DNA from: Eledone cirrhosa
Taxonomy: Eukaryota
Assembly: GCA_964016885.1 (NCBI GenBank)
Contig: OZ024745.1
Coordinates: 126,790,001-126,854,000 of the forward strand
Reading direction: 5' to 3'
Length of the DNA stretch: 64,000 bases
Shown here piece after piece: positions 1 through 12,809 of this stretch (position 1 is the first letter of the stretch; every line of letters starts with the position of its first letter). The translations under genes and the position numbers were made by a program. Under the pieces are notes generated by a model that did no database searches, was not told the origin of the DNA, and saw only the letters and a program-made list of their open reading frames with translations.

Positions 1-106
1 TATGTATATATATAAAATATATGTATATATATATATATGTATATATATAAAATATATGTATATATATATATGTATATATATAAAATATATGTATATATAT
101 ATAAAA

Positions 107-154
<48 letters not shown>

Positions 155-288
155 AAATATATGTATATATATATATGTATATATATAAAATATATGTATA
201 TATATATATGTATATATATATAAAATATATGTATATATATATATGTATATATATATGTATATATATAAAATATATGTATATATATATG

Positions 289-324
<36 letters not shown>
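1..324. repeat. Compound (TA)n microsatellite with recurring TATAAAATATATGTATA sub-unit
   Basis: Direct inspection; generates the spurious YI-repeat ORFs 2..223 and 37..429. Confidence 0.95.
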
Positions 325-429
325 GGAACAAGTAAGACCCCTTCGTTATCTAGCTCCTATCCCCGTAGTAGAGCACTTTCCGACCCTACCACGCCTTCCT
401 TCGTTGTATATATATATATATATATGTAA

Positions 430-935
430 TAAATACAATATCGGAGAAAGCTTTTTAGCGATACTCCGGCCAAATTCCAACTCACTCAACAAACATTAGG
501 AAATAAGTCATTAGATTCCCAATTATGTGTTCGGGGTGCTAACTAAAAGTATTGCGTGGAAAATTGGCTGTATTATTTCAAATGAGACATATCTAATACA
601 TCTCTTCCCAGACGGACGTCTCGTTTCATTATAGGATTCCTACAATTTGGGTGAAATTATACCAATTTATGTAGGAACTTGTATACCATCAATAGATATA
701 TATTCAAGTGGGCTCCTATAATTCATCAGTGGGTGCCCCAATAATACTAATATTGATAATCTAACCAACATCAGCATTTAGCGATAATCACTTTCTGTTG
801 TGCCTGAGGTATCTGTCAGGTTGCCAGTCCAGCAGTTCTAAAGAAGTGCTCGAACTGATTCAAAAAATGAGGAAGTGAATTACCGCCAAAAAAACAATAC
901 AAGCGCGTGACAATGAACTCTGAAAGGAATTCAGA
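430..935 (-). mobile_element. ~500 bp non-coding element between (TA)n tracts, probably a solo pLTR of a Penelope-like element
   Basis: Complex, CpG-containing sequence sharply bounded by TA repeats; carries a complete hammerhead motif on the minus strand. PLE assignment is inferred from the known HHR-in-pLTR association. Confidence 0.6.
607..733 (-). ncRNA. Type I hammerhead ribozyme with expanded stem II
   Basis: Minus strand reads CCCA-CUGAUGA-AUUAUAGGA-[77 nt]-UCCUAUAAU-GAAA-CG-AGACGUC-CG-UC-UGGG. It has a canonical core, a 9-bp perfect stem II, a short stem III with palindromic GACGUC loop, a GUC triplet and a 4-bp proximal stem I. Predicted cleavage between 611 and 610. Confidence 0.85.
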
Positions 936-1989
936 TATATATGTATATATATATATATATATAGTTATACTTGGGAGTTTTTTGATCCTCTGTGTTCGGA
1001 CCTGGTGTACATGAGAGATGGTGAGGGCGAGAGAGACAGAGGCGATGACAGTGGGATTTTGGTTCCACTGTGTTCGGATCTGGTGTACATGTGTGTTTAA
1101 TTTTACACTGTCAACCTTTTGCTTTCCATAATTTTCTTGGTACTACACAAGTAATAGTTCTTAATCATATCAACTGAAAGAGCAATCAAATATTCAACAT
1201 CTCTCTCTCTCTCTAATTATTTATATCATAACATATTAGCTGCTCTTCAAATTGACAGTGAAATGTTAAATATATTTAGTATTAGTGAACAATGATTGCT
1301 CTCGTATTACCAACTAGTCTATAAACACAATAGGAATCACTACCAACACAGATAACATCAACAGCAGTAATTGTAGTTAGTTTTTTTATCTGCTTATTGA
1401 TGACGATCTCTTTATCTAAAGTAAACAGTTTACATTCTAATCATATAAAGAAGACTTGTTGAAGGAAGTCTATTATGCAATACAAAATTTACTTTTGTCT
1501 TTCTACCTACTGATTTCAAATCTCGCTGGGGTTGGCTTTGCCGTTAATTCCTTCAGGGTTGATAGAAAGGTGCTGATCATCAGATCAGAACAAAGAAAAC
1601 ATGTTTCATGTCTCTCCATTCCATTGCAATGCCTGGTAAAAAGAGGTATGATTTGAACTCGGAATGCACAGAGGTGGATTAGATACAGCAAAGCATCTTC
1701 TCAAACTCTTTAACATTTCCCTGGAAAGAAGAAAAGCGAAATTGATCTCAATGGGATTTGAACTCAGAAAGCTGGAACAAATACAGAAGCATATAATCTG
1801 ATGCTCTAATGACTCTGCCAATAAAGGTTGATAAAATATATGCTATTAATGCATTTAAATCAATTTACTTTGTTAGATTCTCATCCACCACCCCGCCCAA
1901 TTTAACCTGATGCCTAATAGAATGGTTTCTTTATTCACAATAATGGTTTCTTTATTCTTCATGCCTAATAGAATAATATCAAAATTCCC

Positions 1990-2590
1990 TTGGTGGTATC
2001 AGGATCCTATCTTCTTTCTTACTTATTAAGATTTTAGTCTTTGCTAGATTAACTTTCAGGCTTTTCAATTCTAGGTATTGTTTCCATTCCTGGAATTTCA
2101 CCTCTAACTTTTTGATAGATTCAACTATAAGGACTAGGCCATCAACATATTGGACTGGAGAACAAGGATAAAAAGAAAACAGCTGAGGACTTAGCCTTGT
2201 TAGATTCCTACTGGCATGCTAAATTCGTCAATGTACTCATTGCCAACTCTCAGCTTGCTGGATTTATTTGTGTACATTAATTATACGTCCCTCACAAGCC
2301 ATTTATGTACACCTAATTTTTTAGCACATACCAAATTACAGAGAGGCCTTCTCTATACCGATCAATCTTAGCAGACTATCTCAAAATCTGGAACTCTTCA
2401 TGCCTCTGAACTCATGTACCAACTTTTCTGCTTTTCCTTTAGCTAAGGTGATTGCCTCAAATGGCACAGGTGTGAAGGGATCCAAAACTTCCTCTGACCT
2501 ATCTTACCTGTTAATTCAGGTGAAGCCAAAAGTATTCTTGCTCCTGGTTGCTAAGAAGCTTTGCTATGCCACTGGAGCTACATTATCCTT
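1990..2590 (-). mobile_element. Degenerate RTE-type LINE RT fragment
   Basis: Minus strand gives LRVGNEYIDEFSMPVGI*QG*VLS-like motif (RT GVxQGSVLSP) with stops; similar to the RTE at 52.9-53.3 kb. Confidence 0.6.
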
Positions 2591-3060
2591 TTAACCTTTT
2601 TGACACCTGAAACCAGTTCTGGATCTATGATACTAACTTATTTATTTTAAAGTATTTAACTTTGCACTTAAAAACTTTCCATCATATGTTTATGTAAGAA
2701 CCTTTGTTAAATTGTTTTAACCCTTTAGCATTTAAACTGGCCATACCTGGCCAGAATTCTCTCACCTTTTTCTATTTAAACTGGCTGTAGCTGGCTGCTC
2801 ATACTGATGTTAAGATATTGTTCTCGAAATAAATATCAAAATCTCATGGATTCCATACAAGTGAGATAATTATGTGAAATAAAGTATTTACCATGAAAAT
2901 ACAATAGTAAATATAGAGTAATGTAGATGCTAAAGGGTTAAACACCAATAATAATAGGGTTTGTTATTTTACTTAATCCCTCCTAATTCTTAGATATTTA
3001 CAAAATTATTTGAAAATAGGCAATGTTTTTCATTAGCAATATGGTAACAAAAGCGTAAAA
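2591..3060. mobile_element. Degenerate TTAA/CCTTTT-type MITE (family B), interrupted by a family A MITE
   Basis: Starts TTAACCTTTTTGACACC and ends ATGGTAACAAAAGCG. Related degenerate copies near 18.8-19.35, 32.9-33.15, 37.24-37.47, 41.0-41.46 and 61.1-61.4 kb. Confidence 0.55.
2721..2937 (+). mobile_element. piggyBac-like MITE (family A)
   Basis: TTAA on both sides; TIRs CCCTTTAGCAT...ATGCTAAAGGG; about 12 copies in the window. Confidence 0.85.
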
Positions 3061-4999
3061 AGCTTTCAAGAAAGCATATAATTATTTTTAGTCTTAGTAG
3101 ATTCTTTAAAATAAAAAACAAAAAATCCTATCACTTTGCCAAGCCAAGAAATATAATACCTAAAAATAGATATTAGCCTAAATTTCTAAACTTAAAATTG
3201 ATTGATGTTAGCAATTCATTTCAAAATTTCTAAAAATACTGGATATATTTTAAAACATTATCAATATAAGGAAATTCCACTTAATAAAGGGTGGGGGTGG
3301 GGTGGGGGGTGGGGGGACTCTTCAATTGTGCCAAAAGTACAACTACTTCCTAGTGTTGGTGAGTTACATGAGAAATGTGCTCAGTATATTCTGTAAAGTG
3401 GTTGCTAATAGGAAGAGCATCCAGAAAACTTGCCAAACAAAGATATGGAAGGACTCTTCAGCTAACCTCATTTATTGGTGATTTACATGACAAAAGCACC
3501 CAGTACACTTTGTAAAGGGTTTGGTGTTACGAAGGGCATCCAACTATAGAAAACCTACTAAACAAGGACTCTTCAGCTGTGTCAAAAACAACCTAGTGTT
3601 GGTATCACGATAAAAAGAACTCAATAGTACAGACCTGTCTCAGCACTAATTAGAGTGCAAGAACATAAGCATGATACAGGCTCTAGGCCCACAGTGGGGG
3701 TCAGTACTTCCAGTATGACTACCAATACAGTCTGCTGATGACCTGTCCAACCCTTGCTAGCAGGGAAAGTAGATGTTATACAATGATGATAATAGAATGA
3801 TAATCACTGGAGATTTCTGATTTATAACAAATATGATACCAAGATGCATTTTTGAAAACAATGAGTAACTTCAACAGAAGTACTAGAATGATATCATCTT
3901 CAAAATATTTGAAATCAAATCATTTGAAATGTGTATATAGAAATGAATAATTCTTAATGACTTAAGGTAATTATCACAATTAGCTTAGCTAATTAGGACT
4001 GTTTGAGAACTCTTCCCCCCATGACCCTCTCGAGAATAAGTGTGCAAAGAAGAAGAAACAGCACGCAAAATACATTTTTTCTTTTGCTATTAGCATTCAT
4101 TAGTTGTTAGTCATGTTTTAATTTTTCTATCTAGCCCTAAAACAGAAAAAAAAGCAGAAAATTATTCTAATAGTAGTAATTTTTTAAACTTTAGTTTTAA
4201 AATTATCTAAAACGTGAAAAACAACTTAAAATGTGCAACATTAAACCTTTTCTGTAAATTCTAAGATTCAGTAAAGTAATTAATTCATTAATGCAACATC
4301 ATTATTCACATTATATTATGGTTAGTAGCTTATTGAGAGATGGCTAATTACTATTATTGTTTTCCATTGGCTATTTCAGTTGATATTTGAATTCTTTTTA
4401 TCATCCATTGAATAAGTTGAACAAATCAAATGGTTCGTTAAATTAACAAATGTTTGTTATATTAATGCTAGTTACTATAAAACTATTGATTTTTGCCTTA
4501 TTTACATTATTTCAAGTGAAGAGTTGTTTAATATTTTAATTATTTTATGAGATACTATAGTTAAGTGGGTAAGGTTTCAAACTCTTGCTTTCTAGGCTGG
4601 AGGTTTACATAGCACAAAGCATTACATTAACTCTACTGTCACTGCAGTTAAGACTATTTGCCTTGGGCCTTATATCTATGGAAGAGATTATCAAATTGTG
4701 CAATGAGTGGGTGGAAAATAATACTGAATTTCTAGTCCATTGTTTATGAATCTAATCCAAATGTAGGAATTCTGTTAAATCAATATAAAATTTGATAAGA
4801 AAATAATGATTTCTAATTTTGGAACAAAGCCAACAATTTCAGGTAACGGAAAGTCAATTGAATTGACCCCAGTACTTGACTGATACTTTATTTTATCGAC
4901 CTTGGATTTCAGAACACAAATAGCTGGAAAAATATTGCTACACATTTGTTCAATTAATCTACTGATCCACCACCCTCCATTTGAAAAAGACTATTATAT

Positions 5000-6650
5000 A
5001 AAACATTACCCACACAATACAGCACATCCACTAAATCCTCCGGTGTTGCAAACTAGCTGTGCCAGTTTTACACAAATTAACCCAGGTACTAAATGTGCTT
5101 CACCTTCCCACAACCCACTTTCCAAGCTATGTCCATCCATATCACCTCATATAATCAAAGGCCACAACCCCAAAACCACCTAAATGGTTCCTTCAAAGCT
5201 ATTGTGCTGCAGTGCAGGTAAAGAATGCTGCCTACAATTCTGAGAAAATCATATACCACCACAACTCATGGAAGAATGTCAAATGATGCTTTCATACACT
5301 ATACAGACAGCAAATTCTTCCACCTCCCAAATTGTTTTATAGCTTTCTGGCCCCTTGCCAAAAGATTCCTTCCAAATTTGTAGCATCCTTCTTGCCAAGA
5401 TGGCTCTATAAGAAATGTTTCTGCTGAAAATGCCACATTTGCTGCTTAGTTTGCTTTCAATTTCACACTACCCTCTTGTATTGAAAGTTTCCTATGAGAC
5501 CATTTCATTGCAGAGCATGCAGGCGGAGCTCATATTGACCCACACACACTCTTTTAATTATGATGTACTCCAAGGTTAGGCTGGCTTTCCTACTTCTTTC
5601 TTATACATTAACAATCTATTTACTGCCAATTTAAACAACATACACTCTTATTAAATTGATACAATTTGCACTTAGGCATCATCTTAGCCTCGTATTTCTA
5701 ATATTGTTCAAAAGAAATGGATGAGATTTTCAGGCCATTGCCATTGCACCACAAATGTAGCTGTCTCCTTTAGTGCTTTGGTAACCAACATCTGACAAAA
5801 GTCAAAGAGGTCACAAGCTGCCCTATCCAGATGTCATAGCTAGAAACTCTGGTATTGATATCCAGGGTCTAGGCAATGCAATGAGCTACAGACATACATC
5901 TATCACTGAGTTTATTTCAGCTGAGGTTGCAGGATGATGAGAAACATCTATCCAGACAGCACAGGCTCTATGAAAATAAACCATCCTCCAATGGAGACTT
6001 GATATCAGAGTCTCCTTCAACATCACAAAGACATTTTGAAGGTAATTTCATCATGTTACAATATTCTAGGAAAATAGTTTTGTACTACTTCTGCTCTACA
6101 CACAAACAACATGTAATTAAAAATTGTAAATGTTATATTTTCTCACATATATAACATTTTCATAATCTCTTGTAAAGACTAGGCTTCCTCTTTAGAACCA
6201 GAAAATACTTATACTTTTATCTGTTGCTGATCTTGAATAAAAGCTTAAGTACAACACATCATGAACTGTTGTCAAACAAACCCCCACGCAAACATACACT
6301 TCATGTTTAAGGTCTTTCAGACTATTGACAATGACGCAATCTCAAAAATATGACACCCACGTGCAGTGTTTTTTTCTGTCTCTCTCATTGCTTCCAAAAT
6401 AGCTTTTGTTTCTCCAAACTAGTCAGTTTTATAACTTTTCCACTCAATCTCACTCAACATACTTGCCTTCCTTCCTCTCAAAATCCTGTGGTGTAACATT
6501 AAACATTGTTGTTAATCAATCCTCTCTAGAACTGTAACTCTTCGGAAATTCCTCTCCACTAAAGTATTCCCTGTTGATACCTACTTACTGATGTGTAAAC
6601 TGAACATCAACCAAATTGATTGCACTTCTCTATGAATACATTCAAAGGTC
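5000..6650 (+). mobile_element. Highly degenerate LINE (CR1/L2/Jockey-like) remnant
   Basis: Remnant RT motif near 5560-5620 (VLQG...LLxYINNL-like); no open ORF; boundaries approximate. Confidence 0.4.
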
Positions 6651-7249
6651 ATCAGTTCACACTTCTTTTATTGTTTCACTTATTTTTTTAATAACTGTAT
6701 GGATATTGATGACAAATTATTATGGTTAAGCGTTTAAGGTTTGGAAAATGAAACAGTCTACTTAATATAATTTTAAGGTAATATTTTATTAGTATTCATG
6801 GTATATTGTATGTCATATGAAAATAAATTTTCTGGGAACTGCTTAAACATATCCCCAACAAAACAAAAAAAAAACAAAAAAAGAAATATCCGAATTGAGT
6901 ATTATTATATAAAATTAAATAGGAAGCTGGTAAATTTCCTGTAGAAGTTTTGCTTCTAATGAATGCAAGGATATGATGAGCCTATTCTAAACCAGACACA
7001 CACAGCGAGAGTATACATAGGAGATGAGTAAAGTATCTGCCAGAGAGAGGAAAACAAACAATGAATTGCAGAGAATGATGGGAATAGAGCCAGTGATTAA
7101 TGTTGTGAGGAGAAATGAAATGAGATAATTGCTCCATAGTGAATTATGCCGAAACTCTCCTCTAATCAATTACCCATCATCAGAAGCTATGCTGATATGC
7201 TAGTATATGCATTTAACAAGATACTTTAGAAGCATCCCAAAAAACATAT

Positions 7250-9300
7250 CTTACAGAGCAACATAAAAACATACAAGCCTAATTGATAGTCAAACTAATA
7301 TGAAATAGAAACAGTTTCAAATACAAAATGTTAATTCCACACAATAACAAAAATAAGCCCAATAATAGATCAAAGAGGACCAGAGAACTGAAAAATATTT
7401 CCATTCTTAAAACAAAAGCCTAAATTAAGAAGTAAATCTAACACATCACCTGATTTAATATGACCACCAAGTCATTGGGGGTAATTTAGCAGAATTCACA
7501 CTATTGCAAACAATCACATCATTCCTTAGCTCCATCCACCTGTATATCTCAAGTTATTCCTGCATACAATGTTCAGCAGTTTTTCAGGTTGGTCATCAGC
7601 CACATCAATTTTACCAATCTGAGAGGGTATGTAAAGGCTTTGTGCACTGTTTCCATTAATCTTATTATCTTATAAGCTACAAAAAGCAAATGTAATTAGC
7701 AATATTTACAATTCTAAAATAGCAGCCACCATCTTACAATCACAATTTCAATAACACAGTTAGGGTTAGGGTAAAACCAGTTAAAAAGGACACTACTGAA
7801 GAACTAGAAACACAAGTATATTCCACCTAGAACATAACCTGAACACTTTCCTTCTATATGCACCATAAAAGCAAGATAAAAAGATAAAAACTAAAAGACT
7901 TCAGGACCCAACAAAAAGCACAAACACTCATCTGAAATAAATAAAGTCTTGAAGCAATTATTGCACTCACTAACGTCTTCATTTACTCATACCAAAAACG
8001 AAATCCTCAGAATCAAGAAAACAGTCATAATCATATTTTAATGTCAAACAACAACCAAGATGCAGTAGTGTTATATAGACCCATCACCCTCCTATTTACA
8101 TTGTCACACATTCTAAAAAGAGTTATTATGGACTTCCACACTGTAAATGTGGTTGGTATTAGGAAGGGTATCCAACTGTGAAAATCCCTGCCAAAATACA
8201 GTTCCCGTTGAGAAAGGTATAGTGCGGCCAACTGGCCAGAACTGTCTCATAATGTGGACAATCCGTCTAACCCATGCAAGCATGGAAAAATAGCCTTTAA
8301 ATGGTGATGATGATGACTAGCCCACACATTCTTGTTCACAACTTACAACATTATATTCATTTGTTAGCCTGCAACATTCTATCTTTGACATTCATGAACT
8401 GTTTGACTCCATTCCCAGTGAATCATTCATAAGGAAAACATTAAATATTTTCTTATAAAACAGCCAAAAATGTTGGCTGGCAAACTACCTCTCAGATCAG
8501 CAAGCCTACATAAAATACACTAACAATATATTTAAAAAATCTGTAATCTCCCAAACATAATGCCTTGTGGATCCAACCTCTTGCTCATTATTTATAACTT
8601 ATATCTATATAAACTTCTCGTCCCCCAGTCCCCAAAATACACAAGCAGTCATATATGAAAACAATATCACAGTTACCTTCTACTATTCTAGAGACTTACC
8701 ATTGCAACAATGCCAATCCAATATCAACCATCAAGAAGCTTAGCTTCAAAGGAGTACTAAAAATAGAACATGGTATATCCTCCTCCCCCATCTAAACTTC
8801 TCACCAGCAATTCCAAATAATACCAAATACAACCAGCCATCATACATAACAACTTAAACATACTACACAGATAGAAGACAAAAAGAATTCTTGAAATTAC
8901 CTATACACCTCCACAACATTCACTACACAAGTAAAAGACAGTAAAAAACAGCAAAAAAACTATGTACATAAATATTAAATGCACTCACATGACCTTATTT
9001 ACCAAAACATAAATACTAACAATACAAACATATCAACAATATATAAAATCCATCATAGATGATGCCTGTCATGCTGGTCTGCAATATTATCCATAACACA
9101 TTACCACTACATTAGCACAATTTTATCTCCCTCATAAGAGCAATATCCCATTACTGACAAACATAAGAATCAAATATACACAAAAATTAACTGCACCATC
9201 AATAACTTGATTGACACCAAACATTGTGTTAGAATGTCCATCACTAGACACCAGAGATAAATGTAGAGCACCAATTCCATCTTAACTATCATCACTGCAG
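7250..9300 (+). mobile_element. A/C-rich degenerate LINE remnant with a SINE fragment inserted at ~8135-8315
   Basis: Strong A/C strand bias; FDI..LFDSI-like and MPCGSNLL..IYN-like RT remnants at ~8380-8600. Confidence 0.35.
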
Positions 9301-9401
9301 TCACACACTATCTACATGTTTTCTTGTCTCCAGGGGCTTATATGCCCAATATTTAAGTAAAAAACGGGCATTGAAACTTCTAATTTGAAGTTAAATTCAA
9401 T

Positions 9402-9437
<36 letters not shown>

Positions 9438-9513
9438 GCTGAAAAGTTCCTGGCTTTAAGGGTATCATGAAAGGGTAGAGCTGTTACATTTACAGGGGAG
9501 GTAGGACAACTAT

Positions 9514-9579
<66 letters not shown>

Positions 9580-9581
<2 letters not shown>

Positions 9582-9837
9582 TTTCGCCTTAACTCTCCTG
9601 CTCTGAGCCAGTGCTATAGTAAAACCAGAGTCCTGGTGTTTCTCCAGTGCAAGGCGCATACAATAGTCCACTACGATGATAAAAAGGTAGGGAGCCAATG
9701 TATCTCCCTGGAGCACTCCAGCCAGTATCTCAAAGAACTCTGTCATCCCATCAGGTGTAATGACTTGGGCTTTGGTATTGGTGTAGAGCAGTGATATCAG
9801 GTCCACTATCTTCTTGGGGATTCCATAAGACTGTAAG

Positions 9838-9840
<3 letters not shown>
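9580..9840 (-). mobile_element. Internal non-LTR RT fragment (RTE-group/Proto2-like) embedded in (TA)n
   Basis: Open frame [15 protein letters not shown]...[19 protein letters not shown] (RT motif B) within ORF 9510..9896; TA repeats on both sides. Confidence 0.85.
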
Positions 9841-9889
<49 letters not shown>

Positions 9890-9924
9890 TATACATATAA
9901 ATATAAATATATATATATATATAA

Positions 9925-9997
<73 letters not shown>

Positions 9998-10003
<6 letters not shown>

Positions 10004-10275
10004 GATTTCAATTCTCAGACCAGCTGATGTGTTGTTTCCTTGAGCAAGACACTTTATTTCACATTGCTCCAGTTTACTCAGCTTACTCCAGTTTACCCCA
10101 GTCCCTATCATTCCACTGCAAAGTGGTCGTGGAGGTGCCACGGCAAAAAAGCACTCACTGTAAATAAGGTTGGTGTTAGGAAGGGCATCCAGCTGTAGAA
10201 ATCAAGCCAGAATCAGTTCCCGTCTCACCCTTGCAAGCAGGGAAAAGAGGACATAAAATGATGATGATTTGATGA
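9998..10275 (+). mobile_element. 5'-truncated SINE-B copy with (GAT)n tail
   Basis: Reverse complement of the copies at 24901-25244 and 59318-59661. Confidence 0.85.
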
Positions 10276-10309
10276 TTTATATATATATATATATATATTT
10301 ATTAAAATA

Positions 10310-10385
10310 ACAGATTAAAGTTTAAGCAAAGAATCGCTGCTTTCACCCTTAACGGGATCTTCTGAAACTACCAAAGTCAATCTGT
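10310..10385 (-). ncRNA. Variant hammerhead-like motif (inverted pLTR copy)
   Basis: Reverse complement of 12734-12809. Confidence 0.55.
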
Positions 10386-10629
10386 AAACGCAGAAGGGGA
10401 TATTTCAAAAAACGTTGCAACCGGAGGAAAACAGGAAGACGATACTTTGGTTCGTGGAAACGTTCGCTGGCAAAGAACGGGAAAAACGAATATAATACGT
10501 CATTAATAGGAGCGGTGAAAAACAATTACGCGCAAAGACAGAACCACGTTTATGGTATAAAAGAGGTCGTAGACTAATGTTCTCTTAGGTGGTGCATAGA
10601 GACGTTCTCTGGCGATGAACGAAAAAAAC

Positions 10630-11812
10630 AGTGATTCTGCGGAGGTTACTGTTCTTATCGGCCTTTTCCTTCTTTTCTCTATCAAGGACGAATTGCCCAA
10701 CGCGGGCGGTGGTTTGTACCGTGACGATGGTCTTTTGACCATGACTAAGTGCGGACCTCGTGCTTGCGACAGGTTCAGAAAAGAACTCACAGCCTTCTTT
10801 AAAGGCTTCAACCTCTCTATACAGGTTGAGGCCAATCTCTCGGTCGTTAATTACCTCGACGTTACCCTCAATTTATTGAATGGGTTGTATTACTCGTATA
10901 GAAAGCTGAAGGGTACGCTTAATTACATAAGTAAGTATTCCAACCATCCTGCCAGCATAACCAAGAACCTGGTAAGAAACGTTTCGTTGAGGCTTTCCCG
11001 TCTTTCCACCAACGAGCGTATTTTCAACGACCATTCCACTTATTACAATGAAGCTCTTATTCGAAGTGGATTTGTCGATAAGGTAGCATATACAGAGTAC
11101 GAAAATAGACCTAGAAGAAATAGATCCCGTCGCATTTGTTGGTATAACCCACCATATAATATGGAGGTGGCCACACCATTAGCTAAGATCTTTCTTTCCC
11201 TTATTACGAAGCATTTTCTCCCTACACATAAATATAGTAAAATTTAATAGAAATACTATTAAAATTTCTTACTCTACTACTCCTAACCTTGCACATAACA
11301 TCACAGCTTCAAATTTAGCTAAACTACCTTGCCGTAGGAACACGTGCAACCCTGTAGTTAGTACTAACTGTAATTGTAGGAATCGGGTTGATTGCCCCCT
11401 ATCCGGGAAATCCCTCTCTAGTAACATTGTCTACAAATGTAAGGTTGTAACACCCACGTCCTGTAGGGCCTACATAGGGTTAACCGCCAATAGATTCAAG
11501 CAGCGTCTTTACATGCATACCCATTCTTTTCGTTACCCTCTAAGAAGGAATATGACGTCACTTTCAGCTTATATATGGAGTCTAAAAGACAACCACACCC
11601 AATATAAGTTACATACACTGGGAGATCCTAGCTAGGGCTAGATCGTATAACGGAAACAAAAGACAATGTGACCTCTGCGCCGCTGAGGCCCTGGAAATAC
11701 TCTACGCCACAGACCACATCTTAAACAAAAAATGTGAGGCAATTTCGGCTTGTAAACATAAATTGCACAAAACTTTCCTGTATTACAGCCCCACGTTATA
11801 CCCTAACGGATT
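10630..11812 (+). pseudogene. PLE RT-thumb-GIY-YIG ORF, truncated and frameshifted
   Basis: ORF 10615..11247 (SAEV..IGLFLL, YRDD, VNYLDVTLNL, SNHP, WYNPPY). Frameshift at ~11245 into NRNTIKISYS...NCNCRNRVDCPL...IVYKC...YIGLT. A 4-bp insertion at ~11612 relative to the 44.4 kb copy. Confidence 0.9.
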
Positions 11813-12733
11813 GTACGATTTATACGTGGATATTTTACGTCTTGATATGGGAGCTAAGTATATGTTTTGTTTATACCATTACTTATTTGCATAGGTAAGT
11901 ATATATTACCCGTATGTTTTGTGAAGGTACGTATACCTTCTTGTACGTATATTTGATTGTTTATGTTATGGCGTATAATTTTATATATTCTGGTACATAT
12001 GGTTTGGCTATGTGTATACGGGAGTTTTGCGTCTGTGTGAGTATGCAGGTTCGTACGTATATGGGAGTGTGTATATGTGGACTTCATGTTTTGGTTGACT
12101 TACGTCTCCGAACATTCGTGTATTTACATGTAGGTATGTGTGTGCGCTTGTTATATACGTATTTATTTATTTATATACGTTTATATATTTATTTATTTAT
12201 TTTTATACACGCATACACACGCACACATATTTATATGTGCGTGGTTTTGTATACCTATGGTAAGTGTTTTGCGTATGCTTGTGTATGTACGTATTTGTTT
12301 GCGTGTATGTATTTATTTATTTCTATTACTTCTGTATTGTATTTATTTACTTTGTTCTTAACTCTGTAGCGGAGATTCATTCGGTCTCCTAGTTAGAATT
12401 TTAGTTTACGACTTCTGCTATACCATTTCCTTGGTTTTGTCTTTGCGTGCTATTGTTCTCCATGCTCCACATATGACGTATTATCTTCGTTTTTTTCGTT
12501 CATCGCCAGAGAACGTCTCTATGAACCACCTAAGAGAACATTAGTCTACGACCTCTTTTATACCATAAACGTGGTTCTGTCTTTGCGCGTAATTGTTTTT
12601 CACCGCTCCTATTAATGACGTATTATATTCTTTTTTTCCCGTTCTTTGCCAGCGAACGTTTCCACGAACCAAAGTATCGTCTTCCTGTCTTCCTCCGGTT
12701 GCAACGTTTTTTTAAATATCCACTTCTGCGTTT

Positions 12734-12809
12734 ACAGATTGACTTTGGTAGTTTCAGAAGATCCCGTTAAGGGTGAAAGCAGCGATTCTTTGCTTAAACT
12801 TTAATCTGT
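12734..12809 (+). ncRNA. Variant type I hammerhead-like motif in PLE pLTR
   Basis: ACAGAUUGA-cuuuggu-AGUUU-CAGAAGA-UCCC guuaa GGGU-GAAA-GCAG...UUGC-UU-AAACU-UUAAUCUGU. Stem I is 5+9 bp with a bulge; stems II and III form. The core deviates: U4A, U10.1.U11.1, CUU triplet. Confidence 0.6.

Noticed and set aside
2-429. YI/IY-rich ORFs (also at 9.7-10.1, 12.8-13.4, 43.5-43.9, 49.4-49.7 and 50.3-50.7 kb)
   Set aside because: Translations of (TA)n and (TG)n microsatellites.
7759-7772. TTAGGGTTAGGG telomere-like motif
   Set aside because: Only two units; expected by chance.
10615-11812. Active PLE, or selenoprotein-type (UGA/SECIS) Naiad
   Set aside because: 5'-truncated with two frameshifts; the Cys positions I read are TGY or TCC rather than TGA, and I saw no convincing SECIS.
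11914-12369. 151-aa hydrophobic ORF
   Set aside because: TG/TA low-complexity 3' UTR of the PLE; the frame is not preserved in the 44.8 kb copy.
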